Below the pieces are notes generated by a model. That model had not been told where the DNA came from. It saw nothing but the letters and a program-made list of their open reading frames with translations, and made no database searches. Shown here in pieces: positions 17,810 through 27,389 of a stretch of 64,000 bases of DNA (position 1 is its first letter; every line of letters starts with the position of its first letter). The translations under genes and the position numbers were made by a program. Source of the DNA: a virus. Where the stretch lies: positions 1-64,000 of the IMG/VR virus record IMGVR_UViG_3300042561_001059; one strand, given 5' to 3'.

Positions 17810-18055
17810 ATGAAAATTCTTCCTGCAAGTCTTATTGACATCAATGCATTAAAAAATGCACTTTTAATTAATGAATCTAATGCAATGTATGTATGCATTG
17901 GTATTGGTTTTGATTTAGATGAGTGCGAAATTATGCTTGATCTTGCAGATGACACTGGCGAATATCAGTGCTCTGTAAATATTGAGCATATTAAAAACTG
18001 GTCAATTCAATTTAATTCACACCCTATTCAATTTACTTCAGATGAAATTGCTTAA
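17810..18055 (+). CDS. hypothetical protein
   Basis: 81-aa ORF. Confidence 0.4.
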   Translation: MKILPASLIDINALKNALLINESNAMYVCIGIGFDLDECEIMLDLADDTGEYQCSVNIEHIKNWSIQFNSHPIQFTSDEIA

Positions 18056-18803
18056 CTTTTCAACTGGTAATGCCAAGCTTGGTAAACGCTTGATCTTTAG
18101 TTTGCCTGCTGGTTACTCATGCCCTCATGCAGGTGTGTGCAAAACTCTGGCTGATCGCACCACAGGAAAGATCACTGATCTGCCCCAGGAGAATGGTCCG
18201 AGTTGGCAAGACTATCGCTGCTTTGCTGCTATGGCAGAGACTAGGCCTGCTGTACGTAATAGTCGCTGGCACAACTGGGATCTAATCAAAGAAACTATGT
18301 ATGTTTCAGACAACACAACTGATGCTCTTGTTGCTTTGATTCAACAATCAATTGATGAAGCACAACCTGCTAAATCAAAGTATGACTTGTTGCGCATTCA
18401 TGAGTCTGGTGACTTTTGGACCCAGGTTTATTTCAATGCTTGGCTTCAAGTTGCACGCAACAACCCCACGCTTAAGTTGTATGCATACACAAAATCACTA
18501 GGTATGTGGTACGAAAAGCGTCATGAAATTCCTGATAACTTGTACTTAACTGCATCGGTAGGTGGCACTCTTGACTACTTGATTCCTAGGTATCCAGAGG
18601 TGTTTTATCGAGTTGCTTATGTTGTGTACACAGAAGAGCAAGCTGAACAAATGGGGCTAGACATTGATCATGATGATAAGCATTGTTTTGGTCCCAATCC
18701 ATTTGCACTTCTTGTTCACAATGTGCAACGCGCTGGATCTGAGGCACAAAAAGCATTGACAAAACGACGTAAAGAAAACAAGTGGACTGGTTACAAAAAG
18801 TAA
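18042..18803 (+). CDS. gene product 88 (gp88)-like, radical-SAM-related protein
   Basis: GNAKL, SLPAGYSCP, RIHESGDF, YAYTKS motifs. Confidence 0.7.
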   Translation: MKLLNFSTGNAKLGKRLIFSLPAGYSCPHAGVCKTLADRTTGKITDLPQENGPSWQDYRCFAAMAETRPAVRNSRWHNWDLIKETMYVSDNTTDALVALIQQSIDEAQPAKSKYDLLRIHESGDFWTQVYFNAWLQVARNNPTLKLYAYTKSLGMWYEKRHEIPDNLYLTASVGGTLDYLIPRYPEVFYRVAYVVYTEEQAEQMGLDIDHDDKHCFGPNPFALLVHNVQRAGSEAQKALTKRRKENKWTGYKK

Positions 18804-18876
18804 GATATTGATGCCATGACATAGTTGCAATCAACAGGAAAGCTTGTATTATTTAGCAGGCTTTCCTGAATCTTTT

Positions 18877-19110
18877 ATGCCTTACGTTATTGCAACTTCT
18901 AAAAATAATCTGAATTATTGTGTACGAGCTGATAGTGATACCAATACTTTTGTTTTGATTCCTGTAGAATCTGATTCAGATTTAGCTAAAGTTTTCTGTC
19001 ATCCGTACAGAATTGGCGCAACACAAATCTTGGATTGGATTAATGACAATGACTCAGATCTTGCCAGTGAAAACCTCTACGTTTGCGATGAAAGCAAATT
19101 CAGACACTGA
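18877..19110 (+). CDS. hypothetical protein
   Basis: start MPYVIA. Confidence 0.45.
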   Translation: MPYVIATSKNNLNYCVRADSDTNTFVLIPVESDSDLAKVFCHPYRIGATQILDWINDNDSDLASENLYVCDESKFRH

Positions 19111-20908
19111 GCGTTGGCTTGTCTTTGATATCGAATCTGATAATCTTTATGACAAGGTCACTAAGATCCACTGCATTGTCATTCATGATATCTACGGAAA
19201 CAAAACTACTACTTATGGGCCTGACCGCATTGACGATGCTCTTGAGCATTTGGCTTGCGGTCATGTTCTAATAGGTCACAATATTCTTTTCTATGACATT
19301 CCAGTAATTCACAAGCTTTATCCGTTTTATACGGAAGCACAAATTATTGACACACTCATCTGTACTCGACTCATCTGGCCTAAAGAAAAACTCTATGAAC
19401 TTGATACAGAACAATATACGCAGGTTCCAAAGAACTTGTGTGGTTCAGCGTCGCTCAAGGCTTGGGGCCATCGTCTATCAGATTACAAAATTAACTTCAA
19501 AGATTTCTCTGAATACTCAGAGGAGATGGCCGTCTACTGTAGGCAAGACGTATCAGTTACCTACAAACTATTTCAGCACATTCAAAAACAAAACTATCCA
19601 GAACCAGCGCTTAAGTTGGAACATGACTTTGCTTTGGCAATTGAAAGACAAATTAGATCAGGTTTTCCTTTTGATGTTGATGCATGTCTTGATCTGGTGG
19701 ATGATCTCCGAACAAAAGAAACAGAACTTGCAACACACTTAAAACAAATCTTTCCACCTATTGAACATAAAGAAGTATTTGTACCCAAGGTAAATAACAA
19801 AACTCGTGGTTATGTTAAAGGCGTACCATTTGAAAAAATTCGTATAGAAGAATTTAACCCTGGATCCAGGCAACAAATTACAGATCGATTAAAACAAAAG
19901 TACAATTGGCAACCTGAAAAATTAACAGCAAAAGGTAATCCAATTCTTGATGATGAAGTCATTGAGAAGTTGCCATATCCAGAAGCTAAACCGTTAGCAG
20001 AATATATGTTGATTGAGAAACGTCTTGGTCAAATTGCTGATGGCAACAATGCTTGGCTCAAACTTGTTAACAATGACACCGGTTGTATCCACGGTGATCT
20101 TATTACTAACGGTTGCATTACTGGGCGTTGCGCACACCGCAATCCAAATATGGGTCAAGTCCCTGCTGCTTACTCCCCATATGGAAAGGAATGTCGAAGT
20201 TTATTCCATGCTCCTGACGGGTGGTCTCTCATTGGTGTTGACGCTAAAGCACTTGAGTTACGTTGCCTTGCTGGATACCTTGCCCTCTGGGATAATGGAG
20301 AGTATGCCTCTGTTGTGACTAATTCAGATGTTGACATTCATACTTATAACCAAGAAAAGTTTGGTGTTGCTACCAGGGACATTTCAAAGCGACTTTTATA
20401 TGGGCTTCTATATGGATGTGGATCTTTGAAGGCTGGAACAATTATTAATCCAGATGAAAAAGATGTAGAAGTTCTGCGTCACTTAGGAAGTAATGCAATC
20501 AATTCATTCATGCGTGGACTGCCAGCTTTGAAGCGATTAAAAAATGAAATCGCTTTATCTATTCAACAGCGTGGTTGGTTGTATGGATTAGACAAACGTA
20601 TTCTTTATTGCAGATCTGACTTTAAAGGATTGAATGTATTATTACAATCTTCTGGTGCATTAATTATGAAACAAGTTGTTATTAACTTGCATCAATTAAT
20701 GGAAGAGGCTGGTTATCAATATGGAGTTGACTGGCAACAACAAGGCATGATCCATGACGAAATCCAGTTGAGTTGTAAACCAAACCTTGTGGAAACATTA
20801 AAAGAGCATGCGTTAAATGCATTTCCTGCAGCGCAACAATTCTTTGGATTTCGTTGTCCCATTGAGGGCGATGCCAAAGTAGGATACACCTGGCTTGATA
20901 CTCATTAA
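19088..20908 (+). CDS. polA: family A DNA polymerase with 3'-5' exonuclease (T7-like, Tyr in motif B)
   Basis: FDIESD exo I; TGRCAHRNPN; DAKALELR motif A; KRLLYGLLYG motif B; HDEIQ motif C. Confidence 0.95.
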   Translation: MKANSDTERWLVFDIESDNLYDKVTKIHCIVIHDIYGNKTTTYGPDRIDDALEHLACGHVLIGHNILFYDIPVIHKLYPFYTEAQIIDTLICTRLIWPKEKLYELDTEQYTQVPKNLCGSASLKAWGHRLSDYKINFKDFSEYSEEMAVYCRQDVSVTYKLFQHIQKQNYPEPALKLEHDFALAIERQIRSGFPFDVDACLDLVDDLRTKETELATHLKQIFPPIEHKEVFVPKVNNKTRGYVKGVPFEKIRIEEFNPGSRQQITDRLKQKYNWQPEKLTAKGNPILDDEVIEKLPYPEAKPLAEYMLIEKRLGQIADGNNAWLKLVNNDTGCIHGDLITNGCITGRCAHRNPNMGQVPAAYSPYGKECRSLFHAPDGWSLIGVDAKALELRCLAGYLALWDNGEYASVVTNSDVDIHTYNQEKFGVATRDISKRLLYGLLYGCGSLKAGTIINPDEKDVEVLRHLGSNAINSFMRGLPALKRLKNEIALSIQQRGWLYGLDKRILYCRSDFKGLNVLLQSSGALIMKQVVINLHQLMEEAGYQYGVDWQQQGMIHDEIQLSCKPNLVETLKEHALNAFPAAQQFFGFRCPIEGDAKVGYTWLDTH

Positions 20909-20924
20909 TAAAATATTAACTATT

Positions 20925-20951
20925 CGTCCTAGGCATGACGCTAAACTGCCT
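20925..20951 (+). ncRNA. pseudoknot motif, copy 5
   Basis: CGTC/GACG; AGGCA/TGCCT. Confidence 0.75.
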
Positions 20952-20972
20952 TACCACCTGACTTCTGATCCA

Positions 20973-21785
20973 ATGAATCTTTCATTTCTTTGTGCACAAA
21001 CGGTTGGCGTACCAAAAGAAAAAGCTATTAGCGAAAATTCTTTTGCAACTGTTTGTGATTTGTTGTTGCCTCCTGTAGGTAACAAAGCTCCAACACCTAT
21101 TCAACTTAATGTTTATGGCAAAGCTGCTGAGCGTTTTGCTCGTGTACCAGCGGGTGCACAGATTTACATCCATGGTTCAAAGCTTCGGTACGATTTGAAT
21201 TCAAAGACTTATTCATTGCAAGGGGGAATTGTTACCCAGGTTGATACTGCATTTCCAATTTTGAACACTGTTGTTCTTAGTGGTCGTTGCGTTAAAGACA
21301 TCGATCAAGAAGATGCACGTGCATTCAAAACAACCGCAGATGGTTTGATGATCTGCAATCAAACTCTTTCTGTTAATACAGGAAGAAACCAAGCAGATTT
21401 GTTTAACTTCTATGCAATTAATACAGCAGAAGATAAGTTAAACAATGCAGAACTTCTGGTTAACTTTACACGCAAAGGAACGGGTCTTAGCATCCAGGGT
21501 AAGTTGGTTACTGATTCTTGGGTTGATAAAGAAACCAAAGAAAAAAAGAATCTGACCAAGATTCAATTGGTGTCAATGACCTTGGCTCCCAAGGGAAATA
21601 CAGAGTCAAAGCCAATTACATCGCAGACAACCGTTGCATCTTCTACAGATGTTGGGAGTTTGTGGGGTGGCAAGGTTGCAGAAGATCTTGCGGAACCATG
21701 GGGATCTCAACATGGTGCATCTCTTCCTGACCTCCCTGGCTATGCTATGGCTGGCGCTAACGACGACTCTGACCCTCCGTTCTGA
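20973..21785 (+). CDS. ssb: single-stranded DNA-binding protein with two OB-folds
   Basis: second domain NTVVLSGR..RKGTGLSIQGKLVTDSWVDKET; acidic tail DDSDPPF. Confidence 0.75.
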   Translation: MNLSFLCAQTVGVPKEKAISENSFATVCDLLLPPVGNKAPTPIQLNVYGKAAERFARVPAGAQIYIHGSKLRYDLNSKTYSLQGGIVTQVDTAFPILNTVVLSGRCVKDIDQEDARAFKTTADGLMICNQTLSVNTGRNQADLFNFYAINTAEDKLNNAELLVNFTRKGTGLSIQGKLVTDSWVDKETKEKKNLTKIQLVSMTLAPKGNTESKPITSQTTVASSTDVGSLWGGKVAEDLAEPWGSQHGASLPDLPGYAMAGANDDSDPPF

Positions 21786-21790
21786 ATCCA

Positions 21791-22024
21791 ATGACTATTT
21801 ACAATCATTACGAATTTAAACATGTTGATGATTCCACCACTTACTTGGTTTCGTTTAACGCCGATCTTGGATCAAGTATTATTGATTCTTTTATTAACTT
21901 CATGAGCGGCTGTGGGTTTGCAAAATCATTTGTAATTAATTACATGGAAGAACTTGTTGAAGAATACAGAGATGCGCAAAAAACACTTGCAAAAATTGAA
22001 GACGAACTTATTGGTCTTGATTGA
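21791..22024 (+). CDS. hypothetical protein
   Basis: FINFMSGCGF motif common in phage small proteins. Confidence 0.55.
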   Translation: MTIYNHYEFKHVDDSTTYLVSFNADLGSSIIDSFINFMSGCGFAKSFVINYMEELVEEYRDAQKTLAKIEDELIGLD

Positions 22025-22029
22025 TTAAC

Positions 22030-22056
22030 CGTCCTGGGCATGACGTTAAACTGCCT
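22030..22056 (+). ncRNA. pseudoknot motif, copy 6
   Basis: CGTC/GACG; GGGCA/TGCCT. Confidence 0.75.
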
Positions 22057-22077
22057 ATCACTCAACAACAAACCATC

Positions 22078-23169
22078 ATGACTTCTATTCTTGATGCTCT
22101 GAGACAACCTGATCCTGACACTGAACAAACCTCTGAACCTACTACTAAAACATCTGCAAAAATCATGACTACTAAGAAGACATCTGCATTGGCTACTCGT
22201 GGACTGGAATCGTTCAAACTTTTTCAAGATAAGAAGTTTGTTTCCGGGTACCAAAATCTCGTCACCATCCAGCCCCTTAACAAGTCAAAGACAAGAGGTT
22301 GGTTCGTGCGGAACTCAGACTTGGATACTTGCGGATGGAGTGCCACTGAAACTGACTTTGCTAAAGGTTCAGTTCTCTGGAACTACAAGCAAACTTTTGG
22401 TATGGCTCCCAACACTTCAGTGGAAGAAGGACTCAATTTTGTTGAGCCTCGCATTCAAATCCTTTTACGTTCTCCCCTCATGGTTGAGGAAACTACTGGG
22501 ATGAGGCAGACGATTGGAACCTTTGAGGATCCAGATGTTAAAGAATTGTTTGAAGCAGATAAAATTGCGTCGGACCTTGCTAATAGCAAAGGTGAGATGT
22601 ACAAGCGTAAGTACAGTGTACGTACAAAGTATCTTGTTTATATTCTGACCCAGGAAAACAAGCGTGCGCATAAGATTCCAATGGTTCTTACCCTGAAGGG
22701 ATTGAATGGCACAGATGTTTCCGACAAGGTCAAGATGTATGAAAAAGAAATGTCCAAGTGTTTGAGCAAGGCTTTGGATTCGGAGGTGCCTCTTGCATTC
22801 AATGAAAAGTTTTACGCAACTACCGTATTTGCTCCGATACTTGCCAACGAAATGCGTGGCGCCAACAACGTTGAGATCTGCGCAATTGAATCTTTTAACA
22901 TCCCTGATTACAGCAGCCAAGAAACCGCAATCGAATCACTAAATCAGATGTCAATTCCTGATGAAGATCGGGAATCAACTTGGAAGTATCAAGACATGTT
23001 TGCGGATTATATTAATCAGCATGCACGTCAAGACGCTGAAAAACTTGGTGGTGCTTATGGAATTAAAGAAGGTGTTGAAATTCTTCCGGCATCCAGGAGC
23101 ATTGATGTAGAAGCAAAGCTTTTAACTTCTGCACAAGATCCTGATACGGGTGAGAACTTTAGTTTCTAA
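22078..23169 (+). CDS. conserved hypothetical protein (DUF5895-like)
   Basis: PRIQILLRSPL...YLVYILTQENKRAHKIPMVLTLKG resembles cyanobacterial DUF5895 as recalled. Confidence 0.45.
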   Translation: MTSILDALRQPDPDTEQTSEPTTKTSAKIMTTKKTSALATRGLESFKLFQDKKFVSGYQNLVTIQPLNKSKTRGWFVRNSDLDTCGWSATETDFAKGSVLWNYKQTFGMAPNTSVEEGLNFVEPRIQILLRSPLMVEETTGMRQTIGTFEDPDVKELFEADKIASDLANSKGEMYKRKYSVRTKYLVYILTQENKRAHKIPMVLTLKGLNGTDVSDKVKMYEKEMSKCLSKALDSEVPLAFNEKFYATTVFAPILANEMRGANNVEICAIESFNIPDYSSQETAIESLNQMSIPDEDRESTWKYQDMFADYINQHARQDAEKLGGAYGIKEGVEILPASRSIDVEAKLLTSAQDPDTGENFSF

Positions 23170-23420
23170 GACTTAAGTTCAGGGTTGGCAATTTCATTTG
23201 CATCAATCAACACATTGTTGAATAAGTGAATGTCTTTAACCAACCCTTTTATTACACCTTGACGTTGTGTGGCGATTCTTGCTAAAAGAGTCGCCATTTC
23301 TTTTAATGCATTTACGGAGTTACAATCTTGAATTGCACGTTTAATTTTTTCTTCCCAAAATAAATCATCAATTGATGGTTCAATATCAAACTTACTAAGT
23401 GGCACGTAATGCTCTTCCAT
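23166..23420 (-). CDS. hypothetical helical protein, possibly a divergent NblA-like protein
   Basis: SIDDLFWEEKIKRAIQDC..LKEMATLLAR spacing; lone antisense gene. Confidence 0.35.
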   Translation of the reverse strand: MEEHYVPLSKFDIEPSIDDLFWEEKIKRAIQDCNSVNALKEMATLLARIATQRQGVIKGLVKDIHLFNNVLIDANEIANPELKS

Positions 23421-23463
23421 AAATAACCATGGAGGATAATCAATTCTACACATAACTAAACAA

Positions 23464-23655
23464 ATGAAACATGAAGAAAAAGTTGCGTTGGCTACAGGAA
23501 CAGCAGTTATGTTGATTGCTGGTCCCATAGCTCTTGCACTGGGAACACCAGTTGCCTTTGGTGCCCTTGCTTTTGGTACGTATCGAACTGCAAAGTCTGC
23601 CTATGATCGAGCCTTGTTTCGTAGTAAAGTGAAGCCGCCCCACGGGGAACTTTAA
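23464..23655 (+). CDS. small membrane protein
   Basis: hydrophobic hairpin. Confidence 0.45.
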   Translation: MKHEEKVALATGTAVMLIAGPIALALGTPVAFGALAFGTYRTAKSAYDRALFRSKVKPPHGEL

Positions 23656-23678
23656 TTAACTCAACTTTTAATCAAACC

Positions 23679-24647
23679 ATGGAAAACCAATTAGTAACGC
23701 AACTCAACACAGCACAACAATTTATTTACTCTCGTTCAAATATTAGGAGAGCTTATTTAGATTTTGATGATACTGACATTGCAGGAATTAATCTTTCTGA
23801 TAAAGATATTATTGTTATTCGCAATGACGGTACAAATCAAAAGTATGACAAGCAATTGGTTTGTAGTGCGTACCAGGCATATACAGGACGCTTAAAAGAC
23901 TTCTTTGCTTACTTGGGACCTAACTATCGTGGACCATCAATCTGGCGAAACAATGCCTACATCATGTTTAAAGGTTGGCACTACAACCATAAGCTGGGAT
24001 ACCTTACGCAATCTGCACAAATACAACGTGCGTGGGCTGATAAATTCATTCACATATCAGATCGAACCAAGTTGGTTCAATTACTTCAATCAGATCAAAC
24101 TGACCTTGGGCACCTGGTTGCCCCTGATGGTTTCCACGAAATTAATGATGCCATTGACTTTGATGCTCCTGAACCAGAATCGGATGTTGAGGCTAGTAGC
24201 TTACAAAAACTTCAGGCAAGTCCATACTGCTCTTGCGGTTCGTTCCAAAAACAACTGAATAATCTATCTGAGTTCCAGGCTGAGATTGAAGGTTACAAGC
24301 CTTGGTGTATTCATTTAACATGGATGCAACGTTATCGTCAGCTCCTTGTTAAACGTGGTGAAGTCCGTTCGCAATGCCGTGGTCAAGTTGCAGAACATGC
24401 TGTGGCTTGGTGGTACGCACCACCAGAAGGCAAGTCTGATGAAGGGAGGTTTGTTGTTTTATACACCAAGCAAGGCTCTATGGCTTCACTTAAGTCTTGG
24501 CGTACCTACAAACCAAAAGAAGTCTTTACTCAAAAACATGTTTGGGATTTATTTGATAACATGTTAGATAATGGCTTTGTTCCGTTTCCAGGTACTTCTC
24601 TTCCTCAATTAAAAAACGCATGGAAAACAACGCCAAAGAATACATAA
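23679..24647 (+). CDS. SWIM zinc-finger domain protein
   Basis: YCSCGSF...WCIHL (CxC..CxH). Confidence 0.6.
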   Translation: MENQLVTQLNTAQQFIYSRSNIRRAYLDFDDTDIAGINLSDKDIIVIRNDGTNQKYDKQLVCSAYQAYTGRLKDFFAYLGPNYRGPSIWRNNAYIMFKGWHYNHKLGYLTQSAQIQRAWADKFIHISDRTKLVQLLQSDQTDLGHLVAPDGFHEINDAIDFDAPEPESDVEASSLQKLQASPYCSCGSFQKQLNNLSEFQAEIEGYKPWCIHLTWMQRYRQLLVKRGEVRSQCRGQVAEHAVAWWYAPPEGKSDEGRFVVLYTKQGSMASLKSWRTYKPKEVFTQKHVWDLFDNMLDNGFVPFPGTSLPQLKNAWKTTPKNT

Positions 24648-24877
24648 CTCAAATGCAGTTTGAATGTGCTGACCCTGCTTCTGTATTTAAACTTGACATT
24701 AAATACATTGAAGAAGAAAATGGAGGCGGTACTATTCAAATTGAATGGGACGAAGAAGATGCTGATCTCCAATGGTGGAATAACCTTGGAGAAGAAAAGC
24801 AACAACAATTTATTCTTGATGCTTTAACTGCTGCTATTTCTAATGCACTTGATGAGGATGAATCTGATGGGATTTGA
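24620..24877 (+). CDS. hypothetical protein
   Basis: 85-aa acidic ORF. Confidence 0.5.
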   Translation: MENNAKEYITQMQFECADPASVFKLDIKYIEEENGGGTIQIEWDEEDADLQWWNNLGEEKQQQFILDALTAAISNALDEDESDGI

Positions 24878-25235
24878 AACTTACGGCTTGCCTGAAACTG
24901 AGTACTACAAAATTTTAAGTAGTAAGTCTCAGTTTATTCTTAACTGTTTAGCAGTTATGACAACTGAAGCTTCTAATAAAGGCATTAACCTTCAAGGGTT
25001 TAACGACAAATTTCTTTGGGATATGTTTATGGAATGTGTGTATTCTGCTGATGAGGAAGCACGCATCATTCAAAAAGAAAACAACCCAGATGAAATTAAA
25101 GCTAGATCGTGGGATCCAGGCCCTAGTCGAGATGAGCTAATGGAAGAAATTAAATCTGTCAACGCTAAAACAGAAGCATTGACTGATTACATTGCAGAGT
25201 TAATAACTAAATTTTTTCCTAAAGTTACAGATTAA
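24867..25235 (+). CDS. hypothetical protein
   Basis: start MGFETYG. Confidence 0.5.
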   Translation: MGFETYGLPETEYYKILSSKSQFILNCLAVMTTEASNKGINLQGFNDKFLWDMFMECVYSADEEARIIQKENNPDEIKARSWDPGPSRDELMEEIKSVNAKTEALTDYIAELITKFFPKVTD

Positions 25236-25240
25236 TTAAA

Positions 25241-25267
25241 CGTCCTAAGCATGACGTTAAACTGCTT
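25241..25267 (+). ncRNA. pseudoknot motif, copy 7
   Basis: CGTC/GACG; AAGCA/TGCTT. Confidence 0.75.
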
Positions 25268-25289
25268 GCAACACAACTTATTACCACTC

Positions 25290-25403
25290 ATGTTTGAAAG
25301 CATTTTGTCTGCTGTTCTTCCGATTGTTAAAGATTTACTTTGGACAGCATGCGCAGCACTGCTGGCCTATATGGTAAACAAACTAACCAATCAATTTACT
25401 TGA
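25290..25403 (+). CDS. 37-aa hydrophobic small protein
   Basis: MFESILSAVLPIVKDLLWTACAALLAYM, read by hand; directly after the pseudoknot. Confidence 0.45.
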   Translation: MFESILSAVLPIVKDLLWTACAALLAYMVNKLTNQFT

Positions 25404-25404
25404 C

Positions 25405-26124
25405 ATGAAACCAACTCAAATTACTAAAACAAATCTCAAAGAACTGACCATTTTTAAACTCTATGAACATTATGCTGCCCTGGACAAGTCTATTCCTTTA
25501 TTGGTTTCTGAGTCCCAAGAGTTGGTCAAGGCTGAGCTTGAACAATGCCTTGAGCTCAGGTCTGAAAAAATAGACCGGTTGTATTACGCATGGGCACATC
25601 ATGAAGATGCTGTTGAGCGTGCCAAGAAAGAGCAAGAGCTTTTGTTGGTAGCACGCAAGCACCATGAGTCACAAGTTGCCAAGATTAAGGGTCTGGTTAA
25701 TTGGTTAAGACGTGCCGCACCACTGGACTCCAATCGTATTGTTGGTAAGAACTATGAGTTTGTTCTTAGTAAAAAACGTGAGTTGACTGTAGAAATTTCT
25801 ATTCCAGTAGAGGAATGGGAAGAAGCAGACATCAATGAATTTTGCTTGCAACAAACCGTTACCACAACAAAAGAAACTGTGGTAACTTCTATGAGTGGTG
25901 ACGTAATCGAACGCACTACAACACCAGTTACAAAAACAGAAATTATTCCAAATGCCGACAAGCTCCGCCGTGCTTACCAAGAAGGACAACGAATCCCACA
26001 AGGTGTCAAAATCCAACAAGACTACAACATCAAACGGAATCGAGTCGTCCACACAAGGGGAATGGACAATCTTCCATCCAAATATTCAGAAGAGTTTCTA
26101 CCAGAACTTGAAGCCGCCGACTGA
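25405..26124 (+). CDS. Siphovirus Gp157-like coiled-coil protein
   Basis: EKIDRLYY coiled coil; C-terminal PNADKLRRAYQEGQRIPQGVKI. Confidence 0.6.
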   Translation: MKPTQITKTNLKELTIFKLYEHYAALDKSIPLLVSESQELVKAELEQCLELRSEKIDRLYYAWAHHEDAVERAKKEQELLLVARKHHESQVAKIKGLVNWLRRAAPLDSNRIVGKNYEFVLSKKRELTVEISIPVEEWEEADINEFCLQQTVTTTKETVVTSMSGDVIERTTTPVTKTEIIPNADKLRRAYQEGQRIPQGVKIQQDYNIKRNRVVHTRGMDNLPSKYSEEFLPELEAAD

Positions 26125-26365
26125 TCTTGATGATGCGCATGTCATGTGCCGTTGTCATGAACAAGCTGTAGATGACTTCCAACTACAGATTGAAATGGTA
26201 GATCTTGAGTTGGCAATGCTTTGTGATAACGGAGATACTCTTCCGTATAACGAAGCAAAGGCGCAAGAGCTTGAGGAAAAAAAACTTAAGCTTCTTGGTG
26301 GCAAACGTTTTCATCTCAACTCCAGGAATGCGTACTGGTTTTATCTGATGAAAAGCAAAAACTAG
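25952..26365 (+). CDS. hypothetical protein (start uncertain, overlaps upstream gene)
   Basis: helical C-terminal region. Confidence 0.4.
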   Translation: MPTSSAVLTKKDNESHKVSKSNKTTTSNGIESSTQGEWTIFHPNIQKSFYQNLKPPTDLDDAHVMCRCHEQAVDDFQLQIEMVDLELAMLCDNGDTLPYNEAKAQELEEKKLKLLGGKRFHLNSRNAYWFYLMKSKN

Positions 26366-26397
26366 GGAGTATAAACTGAAGAAAAGATTAGGGTGCC

Positions 26398-26658
26398 ATG
26401 ACTGACGACGGTTTGACGCGTTTGTTTGATTCGTTCACGCAGGGTGGCACCCCCCTTCCTGCGTTGATTGGAAACAAGATGGAGTGGCAAGTCACCGTAC
26501 TTACCGCTGCCATGATCGCTAATGAAAACTTAGCTGCATCCATGACCGCAGAGGAAATGGTTGATGCCTCTATTAACTACACTCATGTCATTCAAGAAAG
26601 GCTTGGTTACTACCAGCAAAACCAAATGCATTCTTTAGAAAGACTGCTAGAAAAATAA
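26398..26658 (+). CDS. hypothetical protein
   Basis: 86-aa ORF. Confidence 0.55.
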   Translation: MTDDGLTRLFDSFTQGGTPLPALIGNKMEWQVTVLTAAMIANENLAASMTAEEMVDASINYTHVIQERLGYYQQNQMHSLERLLEK

Positions 26659-26695
26659 AAACCTGCTATTGTTTCAGGGTTCCACACTTCTAGTA

Positions 26696-26890
26696 ATGGA
26701 AGCACCCCCTAAGACTCTTGTAACAATCAACGTTTCATTTAACATTGATCTGGAGTATGACTCATTTACAGGTCGTACTCTTAGTGAATTCTTAACCTTG
26801 ATTGAAGACGATCTCTTTGATGCTGTCAATGAGTTGCGTCCTGAGATCCAGGATATTTACCACATGCAAACCAGACTCGTCAATGACTAA
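26696..26890 (+). CDS. hypothetical protein
   Basis: start MEAPPK. Confidence 0.45.
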   Translation: MEAPPKTLVTINVSFNIDLEYDSFTGRTLSEFLTLIEDDLFDAVNELRPEIQDIYHMQTRLVND

Positions 26891-27119
26891 TTCATTTGAT
26901 TACCAAGAGATTTTGAATAGTTGGGATGTAAATCTCGAACAACAAAAAGCAGACTTTCAAGAACATTTGTACAATGTGTATCGGCCTAGTAGTCAGACAT
27001 ACACCGGCCTATGGGAACGTTTCTGTATTACGGAAGCTGGTCCGTTGGCTCGTTCGCAATTCTTTGAAGCTCTTAAAGCAATTAAAGAGTATGAAGAATT
27101 GCAAAAACAAAATAAATAA
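26883..27119 (+). CDS. hypothetical protein
   Basis: EHLYNVY..TYTGLW motif. Confidence 0.5.
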   Translation: MTNSFDYQEILNSWDVNLEQQKADFQEHLYNVYRPSSQTYTGLWERFCITEAGPLARSQFFEALKAIKEYEELQKQNK

Positions 27120-27170
27120 TTGACATTATTAAGGCCCACTGCCAAAGTGGGTCTGACTAAAACATTTGTT

Positions 27171-27389
27171 ATGGACAAAGAAGAAGTTGAAGCCTTATTA
27201 AAAAAAGTGCTTTGGTTTTTAGATCTGGGCTTGCTATCACACATTGGGTATCCACCTGATGAAGATGTGCCAAATCCAGAAGATTTTATTGAAGGCTACG
27301 GCAAATGTATTGAAGATTTTCTTTATGAAACTCAACGACTCGGATTTGATCTCAGATTACAACTCAACCAAGAGACTGGGGAATCCTGA
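27171..27389 (+). CDS. hypothetical protein
   Basis: start MDKEEV. Confidence 0.4.
   Translation: MDKEEVEALLKKVLWFLDLGLLSHIGYPPDEDVPNPEDFIEGYGKCIEDFLYETQRLGFDLRLQLNQETGES

Noticed and set aside
9866-25267. Pseudoknot repeat as a CRISPR array, fluoride riboswitch (TAAACTGC) or hammerhead ribozyme
   Set aside because: Copies are kilobases apart with no spacers or cas genes; the other conserved fluoride-riboswitch and CTGANGA/GAAA core elements are missing.
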